This document shows positions 51,551 through 64,000 of a stretch of DNA of 64,000 nt, piece after piece. Source of the stretch: Octopus sinensis. Taxonomy: Eukaryota. The position numbers and the translations under genes were made by a program. Numbering within the stretch: position 1 is the stretch's first letter; the number at the start of each line of letters is the position of its first letter. Under the pieces are notes generated by a model. The model worked only from the letters and a program-made list of their open reading frames with translations, made no database searches and was not told the origin of the DNA. Location: assembly GCF_006345805.1 (NCBI RefSeq), contig NC_043005.1, positions 78,492,001-78,556,000 of the forward strand, written 5' to 3'.

Positions 51551-52075
51551 ACATTATTTACATTTGATGGATATTTGTCCTCATCTTGTTTGTCGTTAAC
51601 ACAACGTTTCGGTTGATATACCCTCTAGCCTTCATAAGGTGTATTTTTCGTTGTTGTTGTTGTTGTTGTTGTCCTGATGTCATATCGGCCACATACCTCT
51701 TGTATCTTTTCGGAAAGGCCTTTCGCATAGGGTAGACAGATTGTGGACAGTTCATTAGTTTCATCCCCTCGTTTCTTCATAATTGGAGTGGATAGTATGT
51801 CTTTTGGGGTAGTTGTTGCTTAATAAATTGTTACTGAGCTTGATCATTTCTTCGTGATGATTATCACGACCGCTACTTATATTCTTTGCTCGATGTTTTA
51901 GGCACTGAGCAATCCCTCTCTTTACACTGTATGGATGGTGAGAATTGAAGTTGAGGTATCGTCCAGTGAAGGTCGGCTTGCGGTATACGGATGTCCTGAA
52001 TCCATACTTGGTGCGTGTTATTAATACGTCCAACAAACAAGATGAGAAGAAATATCCGTCAAATGTAAATAATGT
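51551..52075 (-). mobile_element. Penelope-like element 3' fragment (RT thumb) with pLTR hammerhead remnant and inverted terminal copy
   Basis: LDVLITR..TSVYRKPTFTGRYLNFNSHHP.SVKRGI...HRA...NNYP is a PLE RT signature. A degenerate hammerhead lies at 51599-51642. 51551-51593 is inverted at 52033-52075 (40/43 identical). Confidence 0.85.
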
Positions 52076-52827
52076 ACATAATTCCTCAAATCTTAAATAT
52101 AGAACTGTATACTTTATTTCATGTTTCTTCAGTCCATTCAGCCAGTAAAAATGAGCTGTGTGTGTAATTCAAACTACTCAGCTTTGTCAAATTCTGTGTG
52201 AAGCTGAATCTCCCTGAGCACTACGTTAAGGTTACGCGTATCTTTGGAGTACTCAACCAGTTGCACGTTAATTTCACGAGCAAGCTGTCCCGTTCATCAA
52301 ATCACTTGGAAACCTCTTCGTTGTAACCGACTGTGTGCTAGTTTTTTTTAAAAAATCTAATCGATAAAATGCCAATGCTTTAAGCAAGGGCTTGGCTATA
52401 ACATTCTGTTATTGTGAGGAAGGCAACAAAATTGCATTGTTCTGCGCATGCTCTCAGCAGCTGAATACAATGGCTGTATTATATTCTGACTCCATTCTTA
52501 TTAATGATATCCGCACAGTTTTCATTGTCGGATCTTATTCCAGAGATTGAAATTACCGAGAACTAGAAATTGGTCTTAGGTTGACAGAAGTCTAATAACA
52601 AAATTCAAATTTTTATGGATCTTTTCCTTGGCTCTCACAGTGTTTGCCATTGCTGCTGTTTAAGTGCTGATGGTAGTGGTTTGTTGTTAGCCTTCTAATG
52701 GAAATTGTTTTATTTTGAAGCTTTTTTCCCTAGGGAGACTTGTCGGTTTTATGAGAAGATAACTGTTGAATTTAAAGCCAATAATGCTCATACATCGTTT
52801 CACAGCAGAGTAACAGCTTTCAAAGAA

Positions 52828-53812
52828 TGTTTCACCCACCCACCAACCAACCAACCAACCAACCAACCAACCAACCAACCAACCAACCAACCAACCAACC
52901 AACCAGCCAACCAACCAACCAACCAACCAACCAACCAACCAACCAACCAACCAACCAACCAACCAACCAACCAACCAACCAACCAACCAACCAGCCAGCC
53001 AGACAGCCAATCAGCCAACAAACCAACCAACCAACCAAACAATCAACCGACCAATCAACCAACCAGCCAACCACCCACTCAACCGACCAACAAACCAACC
53101 AACCAACCAACCAACCAATCAACCAACCAACCAACCAACCAACCAACCAGCCAACCAAACAACCAACCAACCAACCACCAACAACCAACCAACCAACCAA
53201 CCAATCAACCAATCAACAACCAATCAACCAACCAACCAACCAACCAGCCAGCCAACCAGCCAACCAACAAACCAGCCTACCAACCACCCACCCAACCAAC
53301 CAACCACCACCAACCAGCCAACCACCAGCCAACCAACCAACCAACCAATCAACCAACCAACCACCAACCAACCAACAAACCAACCGACCAACAAACCAAC
53401 CAACCAACCAACCAACCAACCAGCCAGCCAGACAGCCAATCAGCCAACAAACCAACCAACCGACCAAAAAACCATCCAACAAACCAGTCTACCAACCAAT
53501 CAACCAACTAGCCAACCGCCCACCCAACCGACCAACAAACCAACCAAACAATCGATCAACCATCCAACCAACCAACCAACCAACCAGCCAACCAACCAAC
53601 CAACCAACCAACCAACCAACCAACCAACCAACCAACCAACCAACCAACCAACCAGCCAACCAGCCAACCAACAAACCAACCAACCGACCAAAAACCCATC
53701 CAACCAACAAACCAGCCTACCAACCACCCACCCAACCAACCAATCGACCAAGCAAGCAACCAACCAACCTACCAACAAGCCAGCAAACCAACCAACCAAC
53801 CAACCAACTATC
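52828..53812. repeat. (AACC)n complex tetranucleotide array of about 1 kb
   Basis: Direct inspection. Variant blocks recur with a period of about 430-440 bp. Confidence 0.95.
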
Positions 53813-54147
53813 CACTTCTTCTTGAACGTGGCCCTCTTCAACGATGCCAACCAAACTGAACGAGTTCAACGCGAATTAGAGTTCAACTCGAAAAATATAG
53901 GGCATATATTATTTAGTGGAAAACACCTGCTTTGTGCGGCAGATAAATGCTCATATTATGTAAATTAGGAAAGTTCGTTAACTATTTAATTACCACTGAA
54001 ATTTTTTAATAGACGCTTACACTTAAAAAAAAGTTCTTACACACGCAGTGGAAAATATCTCCAGTACCAGACTAGATCTTTGCTTGACTTTCAGCTGAAA
54101 CTGTCTGTACATGGCAAATATTAAAGCATTCATACTAAACAAGATTT

Positions 54148-54567
54148 TCTGTTCTACTCTAGGCACAAGGCCCAAAATTTTGGGGGAGGGGGCCAGTCGA
54201 TTAGGTCGATCCCAGTACTTAATTTATCGACCCCGAAAGGATAAGAGACAAAATCTACCTCTGCGGAATTTGAACTCATAATGTAAAGACAGACGAAATA
54301 TCGCTAAGCACTTCGCCCAGGGTGCTAACGTTTCTTATTTCTTTATTGCCCACAAGGGGCTAAACATAGAGGGGACAAACAAGGACAGACAAAGGGATTA
54401 AGTCGATTATATCGACCTCAGTGCGTAACTGGTACTTAATTTATCGACCCCGAAAGGATGAAAGGCAAAGTCAACCTCGGCGGAATTTGAACTCAGAACG
54501 TAAAGACAGACGAAATAACGCTAAGCATTTCGCCCGGCGTGCTAACGTTTCTGCCAGCTCGTCGCCT
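54148..54567 (-). mobile_element. Two family B SINEs in tandem with different 3' tails
   Basis: 54148-54330 ends ...GGCCTTGTGCCTAGA. 54333-54567 ends ...GCCCCTTGTGGGCAATAAAGAAATAA. Confidence 0.85.
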
Positions 54568-55100
54568 TGTACTAAACAAGATATTGCATATAAACCATAT
54601 TTCACAGAGAAAAAGATTTTGTTTTTGGTAGCCTGTTAAAAATTTTAAATCACATACATATAATTCTCAAAACAAACATGTTATACATAAATCCATTTCT
54701 CAAACTGATAACTATAATTTTGATACCAAATAACAGGATTTCACATTTTTCTAATTAGATTCTACTGCTCATCTACACAGTAAAATTACGGGTCATAGCT
54801 TTATTAATATAACGAAAGTAATGGCTTGTAAACGACCGTGCGAAGGAGAGGTGACGAAAATGGTTCCTTTAGTACACCACACGGTCGATACAATAAATGC
54901 GAAAAGGATAAATGAGTATAAGTGCCAGAAGGAAAAGAGTGACACAACCGGGTAGAATGTTTAAGAGAAGATTTTATTTATATGTTAACATGTGTGTGTA
55001 TGCGTCATATATACATAATAATAGACAGGCCGTCATGTATACAAAGTGTGTGCATTAAGTACAGAGCATTGAAAGAGTCTATAATATGACGATAGAAGAA

Positions 55101-55709
55101 TGTTCAGACACAAGGATGATAAATATCAGTTCGTAACCAAGGTACACGATAGTTGAAGTGCTGTAACAAGAAGTTGTTGCTGCAATGCAGAGCCAGTTGA
55201 GGCACATATCATACAAGAAGTTGTGGCTACTAAGCTGCTGCCGGTCACTTGATGCAGGAAGTTCTGCCAGGTTGTATTTGCTGTTAACCATGAAGTAATT
55301 CACAAACAGTGTTGAGATAGAACCTGTACGAGGGTCGCTGGTTGCTGTATACGTAGAGAGCTATTGTTGACGACGTTAAGATGACGGACGCGACAAAGGA
55401 AGTGACTGCCGTATGCTGTTGGACGAGTGTTGCTGCATCTCCATGTGGCTGCTGTTGTGCTGTCGCTGGAACTAGCTGTGTGCTTTGTGTGGTCAGTGGC
55501 TAGACCTTAAAAGGCCTGGAACCGAAAGACATCGACTCGATGTGTCGCTGAAGTTTTATAGGGAGCAGTCGGCGCAAACTGATGTTTAGAAGAGATTGTC
55601 TCACGCGATCTCATCAGAAGGCTGTGATTGGTTGGGTTGCATACTGGCACACAATAGAGCAAGAGACAAACTGTGCCAATACCAACCAATCAGAGTAGTG
55701 GACACAACA
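55101..55709 (-). mobile_element. Solo-LTR-like or promoter-like GC-richer block
   Basis: TG...CA bounds, CCAAT boxes (about 55627 and 55684), TATAAAA on the minus strand (about 55553-55560) and an ACATCGA-C-TCGATGT hairpin about 25 nt downstream. No TSD found. Confidence 0.3.
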
Positions 55710-56140
55710 GGGTCCAAAAGGGTGACCGAACACTAGCTGTTATCTATTACGTCCGTATTTGTGTATATATAACAGAGAGAGAAAGAGAAGAATTTCCCAA
55801 AGCGTACGCTACAGGCTTTTACACTACAATCACAAAATACTGTGTCATTTCTCATAGGATTGAGTATTTTGTTATTGTGTGAAGTATGTAAAGGCTATGT
55901 TTGTAAGTCTTCAATTTCAATACAAAACTTAAGTAATAACTGTATTTCTTAAGTACCCTGCAATCATTTGGTATCCCAAGCAGGGGAAATGTGTTTTCAG
56001 TCACAAAGACGCCATAGAAACCAAAGGTATGCTTTCTCGAGCGTAAGTAAAACCGGAAGTATGAATACAAGGGCTTAAGTAAAAAAAAAATGTCTGATAC
56101 AATGTATAGTCATTGCACAGGGCGAGAAAATGAAGAATGT

Positions 56141-56199
<59 letters not shown>

Positions 56200-56310
56200 T
56201 ATATCCAAACGTACACATGCAAGCATATATACACTCATATATACAAATGATGTACTATTCGTATTAGCGTTTTTATCTGGGTAAATCTTGCTTATTCTTG
56301 GGTGTTTGCG

Positions 56311-56358
<48 letters not shown>

Positions 56359-57213
56359 TGTGTGTTGAAAAGAGAAATACTGAGGCTGAGTGACAGTGAG
56401 ACAGGCAAATATATAGAAGATGCGTGTGTGATTGTGTAATTATCCAGGAAATTTAATGACAATCGTAGGTTTCCTTTGATTGTAAGACTTCGATCAACTC
56501 ATACAAACTCTCACACATTCGGTCGTCACAAGAACAAAAAGAAAAAAAATTCATAGTGATATTATATTCAAGCACAAGTTCTCTTTCCTTCTTGACTTGT
56601 TTGAAAAATGTTTGTATTTGCTTGTATTTACCTCTTCCATTCTTTTTCCTTTTTTTTTTTTATCCGCTCTCATATTTATTTTCCTTTTCTCTCTACTTTA
56701 TAAACAATCCAATTCTTAAATGAATAACCTGAATTAGAATTGATGTAAAAATAACATATACTCTATTAAAAAAGAACACAAACAATAGGAAATAATACGA
56801 AATAAAAAAATAATAATGATACAAAAGAAACGAAACGAAACGAAAAGAAAAGAAACGAAACGAAATCGATTCTAAAGATGAAATAATACAAGTGCAGAGC
56901 AAAATAAGTCAAATGTTATGTGAATGAAAAGATCCCTAGAGCGGAGAATAAGTAGCAACGAAATATCCAATCTTGTTGAGTAATTCAGGTTTTTGTTATT
57001 TTAACACTGAAAAGTTTTCGTTCAATTCTTTTCGGAATTAGACGTTTAAAATACAGTAAGATTTCTACGGCTTCAAAAAAGTATATTTTTGTCTCATTTT
57101 ATTTATTTAGTAGCTTCGGTAATTCTTTCGACAAATGGTTTTATTCTGCTAAGCCATACCAGTACCAAGACCAGTTCAGCGCATTTCTTTTTTACCTTTC
57201 AATTTTACACTTC

Positions 57214-57246
<33 letters not shown>

Positions 57247-57320
57247 TGTATGTATGTATGTATGTATGTATGTATGTATTTATGTATGTATGTATGTATG
57301 TATGTATGTATGTATGTATG

Positions 57321-57361
<41 letters not shown>

Positions 57362-57539
57362 ATATATATATATATATAAATATATATAGATATATATGTA
57401 TGTATATGTATATATGTATGTATATAGGTATGTATATATATATATGTATACACACTCACATACACACACATGAATACATGCATATGTGCGTGTGTAGTAT
57501 ATGAATATATATATATATGTATATATATAGAAATATATA

Positions 57540-57580
<41 letters not shown>

Positions 57581-57609
57581 GAAAGATGGATAGATATACA
57601 CACATATAT

Positions 57610-57657
<48 letters not shown>

Positions 57658-57907
57658 TATATAATATATATGTATATCCATATACACAGATGTCGATATG
57701 TCGATACAGATACATGTATATAAGTAAATATAAAGACCTTTCTTACATTCATTTCGATGTAAATCGCTTAATAGAAAATGGCGTCTCAATGACATTTTGA
57801 GTCAATGACCAGTTCACAGATGCATGACGAAACGATGTTTAACATACAGGTTCAAATCAAGAGAATTTACACACACACACACACACACACAACACACACA
57901 CAGAGAG

Positions 57908-57938
<31 letters not shown>

Positions 57939-58281
57939 CTCACACTTATATGCATCTATATTTATGCATATGATAGAGACATAATTGTACTTATAGGCAT
58001 ACGAATATACATATCTATATAGTCATATGCATGAATTATATGAACACAAACATATACACACGCATGAATATACACACATACATACATACATACAAGCATA
58101 CATACATACATACATACATACATACATACATACATACATACATGCATGCATACATACATACATGCATGCATCCATCCATCCATCTATCCATCCATCCATC
58201 CATCCATCCATCCATCCATCCATCCATCCATCCATCCATCCATACATACATACATACATACATAGTTGTGTATTATATATA

Positions 58282-59630
58282 CAAGGCGTTCGGGTTGAAT
58301 TTAACGATTTTTTTATGCCTCCTGTTTTCAGGATCGGCTTAACGTATTGGTGAACAGTCAACGTTAGCGCGCCGGGCGAAATGCTTAGCGGTATTTCGTC
58401 TGCGTTACGTTGTGAGTTCGAATTCCGCCGAGATCGACTTTGCCTTTCATCCTTTCAGGGTCGATAAATTAAGTACCAGTTACGCACTGGGGTCGATGTA
58501 ATCCACTTAATACCTATGTCTGTCCTTGTTTGTTCCCTCTATGTTTAGCCCCTTGTGGGTAATAAAGAAATAGGCATTGGAGTGCATAAACATTGAAGCT
58601 GTAGTTTAGAAAAAGGTAGCTGTCTCATCATGAATTGCCTTGGGTATCGAACTGATGACATCATGGTTGCTACTCAATGCGCTGTAAGCCGTGACGCAAG
58701 CAGCTGCAACGGAGACTACAAAGCCGTGGTCAGCAGGATGGGATGCCGAAATTCATCCAACAACTGCAAAACAAGGTGATGGAAGATCTGAGCAAAGGAG
58801 TTTGAGCTTTGTCGAGAGAGATGCGTGTCGGAGTCACTACCATGCAGTTGGCCCTGAATGCAGACCTTCGCTACCACTAGTACAAGATGTGCAACGAATA
58901 AATTCTGACAGCAAAAGTCAAGGAGGCAAAGAAGTTTTTGAACAATCTGAGGCATCCTGTTGAGCCGGAGATGATCCGGTTCTTCTCACATGAAAAGAAA
59001 TTCTGCAATGACCGGTTGCACAACACCCAAAGGAACTGGTTGCTTACCTACAATACATGTGGTATTCCATGTATCATGAAAACTGAACTCCCCCAAACTG
59101 TGATAGTTTTTAAGTGTATGTCTCCAGTGAGGGCCTTAGACACAGCTTAGATGACCATGTCAAACTGCTGGAGACTGTTGTGAATTTGTACTGGATGTTC
59201 ATATGTGTGGCTGTAGGATTTAGCTTCTTGCCATACCTCCGGAAAGAGCCAGAAGTGGTTGTCGGAGAATAAACACGACTTCTCCAACCCCAATTTCTAG
59301 TCTCTTTATTGACCCGATTATAGTATGTGTAGGGTGCGGTTGAGAAAGACACCAACCACTCCGCCTGCAACAGCAAGGCTAACTTGGTGGCCAAGATCAA
59401 GGAATGTTCGAAGATCTTTCTCGGTACATGATGAGGACCACACACGCCAGGTTCCCGAGTTGTCTTCAGTCGGTGGTGGAAGCTGTGGGCGGCTACTAGG
59501 TGCAAAACAGTTACTTCTCAGTCATAATCTGGTTATTTTTTGTTGTTTTAAACAGACTTTTATTTTTGGATGAGATTTTATATTTTCTTTCCCTTTTATG
59601 CAAACTGTGAAATTTAATCCGAACACCCTG
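58282..59630 (+). mobile_element. Tc1/mariner superfamily transposon remnant, maT (DD37D)-like, with a family B SINE inserted at about 58358-58572
   Basis: 20-bp TIRs CAAGGCGTTCGGGTTGAATT / AATTTAATCCGAACACCCTG (4 mismatches) with TA on both sides. Decayed transposase reads IRFFSHEKKF, MKTELPQTVIVF, HTSGKSQKWLSEN, GAVEKDTN and VVEAVGG. Confidence 0.85.
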
Positions 59631-59801
59631 TACACATACATACATACATACATACATGCATACATACATACATACATACATACATACATACATACATACA
59701 TACATACATACATACATACATACATACATACATGCATACATACATACATACATACATAATACATACCTGCATATATGTACACATATATTTACATGTAAAA
59801 A

Positions 59802-59850
<49 letters not shown>

Positions 59851-59859
59851 GTCGCCATC

Positions 59860-60050
59860 ATGGTTAACCGCTAAATACACAAGTTTTTTCTTTTATTCTC
59901 TCTCTGTTTATTTCTTCGTGTTCCTTTCTGCTGAAGAGCATAGGCTCGAAATGTAACAGAGCTTCTCACTTTCCCGAGCATCAAACTAATACAAATACAC
60001 CTGGTTGTTGTTTATACACCTGTCTTCTTTCGTTTTTCCTCAAATTTCAA
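59860..60050 (+). mobile_element. Short Penelope-type pLTR-like repeat with a degenerate hammerhead-like motif (59924-59960)
   Basis: CUUU CUGCUGA A GAGC AUAG GCUC GAAA UGUA. Homologous to 49747-49900. Confidence 0.7.
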
Positions 60051-60078
60051 CTATATGTATAGTTGAGATATACAGAAA

Positions 60079-60167
<89 letters not shown>

Positions 60168-60235
60168 TTAAATATACGTATGTATGTACACACATACATT
60201 CATATATATGCGCATGTATATACACATGCATACAT

Positions 60236-60311
<76 letters not shown>

Positions 60312-61479
60312 ATATATACGTACACACACTTATACACAAAGAGACAAACACACACATATATACATATATAATCATACCAAAATCTGACATCACTCTCTTA
60401 TTTCTCTGCATATAGTAACGCCATTTTCCTTCAGTCTTTCCCTTCAAACTTCTTTTCATTCAGCTTTTTAAAATCCGTCAATATAACAACATTGTTACAA
60501 ACTCTACATTGTCGCTGAGTCAGGCCCCAACGACAAATTGATTTCAACGTTCTCGTTCTCATTCTTATTCTTATGTTGTTCTTCTTGTTGTCGTTATCAT
60601 CGTCGTTGTTATCGTAATTGTTTCTCCTCGTCTTCCTATCCACATAACCAACTCGTCACTTCTATTTTTCTATTATTTTTCTCTCATTCTTTTCAGGTAA
60701 TTCTCTCATTCTTTCTTTGATCTAATTGGCAAAACGAAAACAAACGCAAATATAACAAAACAAAACACAAAGCAAAATCTAAAACCATTTCTAGTTTTTT
60801 CTCTCCATTTCTTCTAAACAAACCCTTCACTTGTCTCTTGTCGATTCGTATGTGTCTCTTTCTTCAAACCTGACACTTTGCTATCTCCTTAGCTAGGCCC
60901 TTCTCGGCTTTTTCTACTATTTCGAATTCTCATATTGCATTCATTTTCGATTTGATTTCTTTCATTGTCGCACTTATAAGCGAGAAAATTTTAAACTTGC
61001 GCAAATATTTTCGTACCATTCCTCTGTAAAACTTCTCCTTCGTCTCGCTTGATTAATTTGGAGTGATATTCTCTTTGCTGAAGCTAAGAGAGGCACGTAA
61101 CTCTTTGAAAGCGATATCTCACTGTTTGCAAGAATTTTTCTCCTTACCACCAAAAGCCATCGCTGTGAAGTTGTCAAAACGATGAAGTTTCCTGTCATCG
61201 TCAGTTCAACTCAAAGCAGGCGTGAAATCTGGAGAAGATGGATGGAAGGAAAAGATGCGGGGGAATTGGTGACAAATAAGAAAGGATATTATGTCAATAT
61301 TGGAAGAAATCCACACAAAGTTTATTCAAACAGTTTAGTCAGTAAGAAATACAGAGAAAGAACTCCGAAGAAAAGCCAACAAAGGCGAAAACAAGTGTAT
61401 GAATGACTGAATAATGGAAATGAAAGGAAGGCAGACGATAAATAGAAATATGTAAGTACGGGAGTGGAGTGGTAAAGAA

Positions 61480-61540
61480 AACAACTGAGAGAGAGAGAGA
61501 GAAAGAGAGAGAGAGAAGAGTAGTGGAAAGGGGAGAAAAT

Positions 61541-61576
<36 letters not shown>

Positions 61577-61712
61577 AAGAGAGAGAGAGAGAGAGAGAGA
61601 GGAGTAGTGGAAAGGGCAGAAAATATAAGAGAGAGAGAGAAAGAGAGAGAAAGAAGAGTAGTGGAAAGGGGAGAAAATATAAGAGAGAGAGAGAGAGAGA
61701 TAGGGAGAGAGA
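61480..61712. repeat. Three GA-rich tandem units anchored on GAGTAGTGGAAAGGG(G/C)AGAAAATATAAG
   Basis: The motif occurs at about 61517, 61602 and 61657. Confidence 0.85.
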
Positions 61713-62664
61713 TAGACTGACAAGTAGAGATGGGGTAAATGGTAAACAAAGAGGGAGAAATGAGAGAGAAAGAGTAGTAGGAAAAAAGAGAGTAAGAGGG
61801 GAGAGAGTAAAAGAGAGAGAGTTAAACGGGAAAGTGGTAGGAAAAGTCACAGCGAGATAATGATAAAGGAGAGAGAGGCAGATGAGAAAAAAGGAGTAAG
61901 AGTAGAAAAGGAAAGAAAGGAAGAATGATGTCACATTAGAAGAGAGAGGGAGAGAGAGAGACGAAGAAGAAGAAGAAGAAGAAGAAGAAGAAGAAGAAGA
62001 AGAAGAAGAAGAAGAACGAAAGCCAAAAGGAAGGAGGAAAGAAACTGAATAAACGACAGTCAGAGAGAGAGGGGAGGAGGAGGGGCGGGTGATAGAGAAA
62101 GTGAGAAAGAGAGAGGGAGCTAGGGAAAGAGAGATAGAGAAAGAGGAAGAACAGATCCGATATATTAATTAATCTGAGGAAGAAAAAGATGAAAGAAGTG
62201 AGAAAACGTGGCGTTGACGATGGCGATGGATAACAGTAACTATAAAGAAATGAGTCATGATGGTTTAAGAGTTGCTTCTTAACAAGTAAACGGAATAAAG
62301 GAGTACAAGACTTCTAAATGGAGAAATGCTCAACCTTGTCAAACCCTCCTCCACCACTATCACCACCACCACCACCGTCCATCCATCGCCGCCGCCGCCA
62401 CCGCCGCCGCCACCGCCGCCACCGCCGCTGCCACTTCAGTTTGCGAAAACCAGGTGGTTAGAGTGTAGGGTCTGGGCTTTTAATTTTAGGTCCTCCAGTG
62501 CTGCCCAGCTTCCTCCACCGGGTTCACTCGGCTGTTACTTTTGCATATTTATTTTCTTCTAATTTTGGCTGTCTTCAAGTCATCTTCAAATACCCATTCC
62601 CAAGTAACCCCCCCCTCCTAACTGTCCCCTATTCCCATCTGTCGTCCGATGGAACCCAAGTACC

Positions 62665-62825
62665 AAGGGTTGGCTGTGTGGTAAGAAACTTGATTCCCAT
62701 CCACATGGTTCTGGGTTCAGTCACACTATGTGGCACTTTGAGCAGGTGTCTTCCACTATAGCCTCGGGCCGACCAAAGCCTTGTGAGTGGATTTGCTAGA
62801 TAGAAACTGAAAAAAAGCCCGTCGT
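62665..62825 (+). mobile_element. SINE family A left monomer
   Basis: GGCTGTGTGGTAAGAA...GAAACTGAAAAAAGCCCGTCGTG. Confidence 0.85.
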
Positions 62826-63339
62826 GTCTCCACGACATTACGTTATTTCTGAGACTGAGCCTGTCCTGCCTTTTCTTGTGTTACTGTAGCCCTTCCACGT
62901 TTGGAACGTTTGGCTTCAGATGATTGAAAAGTATTATCTTGTCTGTAATGCACCATTTTCAATGTTCGAAAACAAAATATCTAAAAAAAAATCAATTCAT
63001 TTTTGCTGTTTCTAAATTCACTCATATGGCTTATTTTACCCAACGACCAAGCTTTATAAAAATCGGTCCAGTCTAACAATTATACCTTTTATAAATAGCA
63101 CTAAAACATACTTCACTTCACAAAACGAAAATATGATTGCTTCGAATCATAACACACGTAATACAAGGAATAACCAATTACAAACATCGATAAATTATCC
63201 GCACTTTCGCCATAGCATATCATTATTATTGTCACACAGCCTTCTGCGAATGCATGCTTATAACTGGTACTATTATGGTTACGTGATCTGAGTTTAAACC
63301 TGATCGCGTTATTATTCTTTCTGCTTTTACAGTGTAAGC

Positions 63340-63650
63340 ATGGTTGCTCCACTAGCATTGTGCATCAAAGAACAAAGAGCAATGATCCGAGAGAAGGTAA
63401 TAGTGAACCGGGTTCACCATTACCATCTCTCGAGCTTGCTGAATCTTCTCGTCAGTGGTGGAGGTTGTCGGGCATCCTGCTCCCTTTTCGTACATCACGC
63501 TTATCCAGCCACTTTCAAACTTCTTGATCCACTCATACACACTTTTACTCGGTAGTGCACTGTCGCCGTATTGTGCTAAAAGCCTCCGATGAATATCAGT
63601 CCCTGACACACTTTCCGACCGGAGAAATCAGATCACTACACTTTGTTGGC
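63340..63650 (-). pseudogene. Mariner transposase N-terminal (HTH) fragment
   Basis: Minus strand QQSVVI*FLRSESVSGTDIHRRLLAQYGDSAL...VYEWIKKFESG...GAGCPTTSTTDEKI. A plus-strand piece at 63340-63392 (MVAPLALCIKEQRAMIR) resembles the transposase start. Confidence 0.7.
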
Positions 63651-64000
63651 GATCCAGCATGACCGCAGCCAAATGACTGAAGCATATATAAAAGAACTTC
63701 ATCGGCTGCGTACTTAACCGGGTACGTACTTAACCGGCTGCGTACTTAATCGGGTACGTACTTAAACAGGAGATTACTTACCGCACACTTTCCTTGACAC
63801 ATACTGATTGTTATTGTATGAAAAACCCTTTGTTATCAAGGCTTCATTCAAAGACTTCATTCAAAGACATAACTGTAGCTGTCAGAGTGTAGGTGCGTGG
63901 TTTAGTGGTTACGGTATTCGTCTTACGCTCGTAAGGTCATGAGTTCGATTCACGGCTGTGCTTTGTGTCCATGAGCAAGGCACTTAATTTCACGTTGCCC

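Noticed and set aside
52705-53850. Long TNQP / WLVG repeat ORFs (268-332 aa) resembling mucin-like proteins
   Set aside because: They are purely the (AACC)n array, open in many frames on both strands.

Overview
This is AT-rich, microsatellite-saturated animal genomic DNA. The SINE and LINE families point to an octopod cephalopod (Octopus sp.); this is my inference from pattern recognition. The only host gene I can support is the 3' end of UDP-glucose:glycoprotein glucosyltransferase (UGGT, + strand). It has a 181-nt coding exon at 14142-14322 (CNNPLTKEPKLQAAIRIVPEW...) and, after a 13.6-kb intron, a 23-nt terminal coding exon at 27896-27918 that supplies the ER-retrieval signal KTEL-stop. The preceding exon was not found and is probably upstream of the window. 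Almost all other ORFs in the track are microsatellite artefacts or transposon remnants. The rest of the window holds at least four SINE families, R4-like, RTE-like, Tx1/L1-like and Penelope-like retroelement fragments, a maT-like and a mariner DNA transposon remnant, and a non-autonomous Helitron. The most notable observations are: (1) a family of short Penelope-type repeats carrying a minimal hammerhead-ribozyme fold with a variant core (CUGUNGA), including a roughly 690-bp foldback; (2) an ORF1-only half-LINE with a target-site duplication, nested in a Helitron in the last UGGT intron; (3) a 3' tail shared by that half-LINE, a Tx1-like LINE and a SINE; (4) a roughly 600-nt intronic hairpin that is a candidate ADAR substrate. 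Repeat boundaries are approximate (about 10-20 nt) unless termini are quoted.
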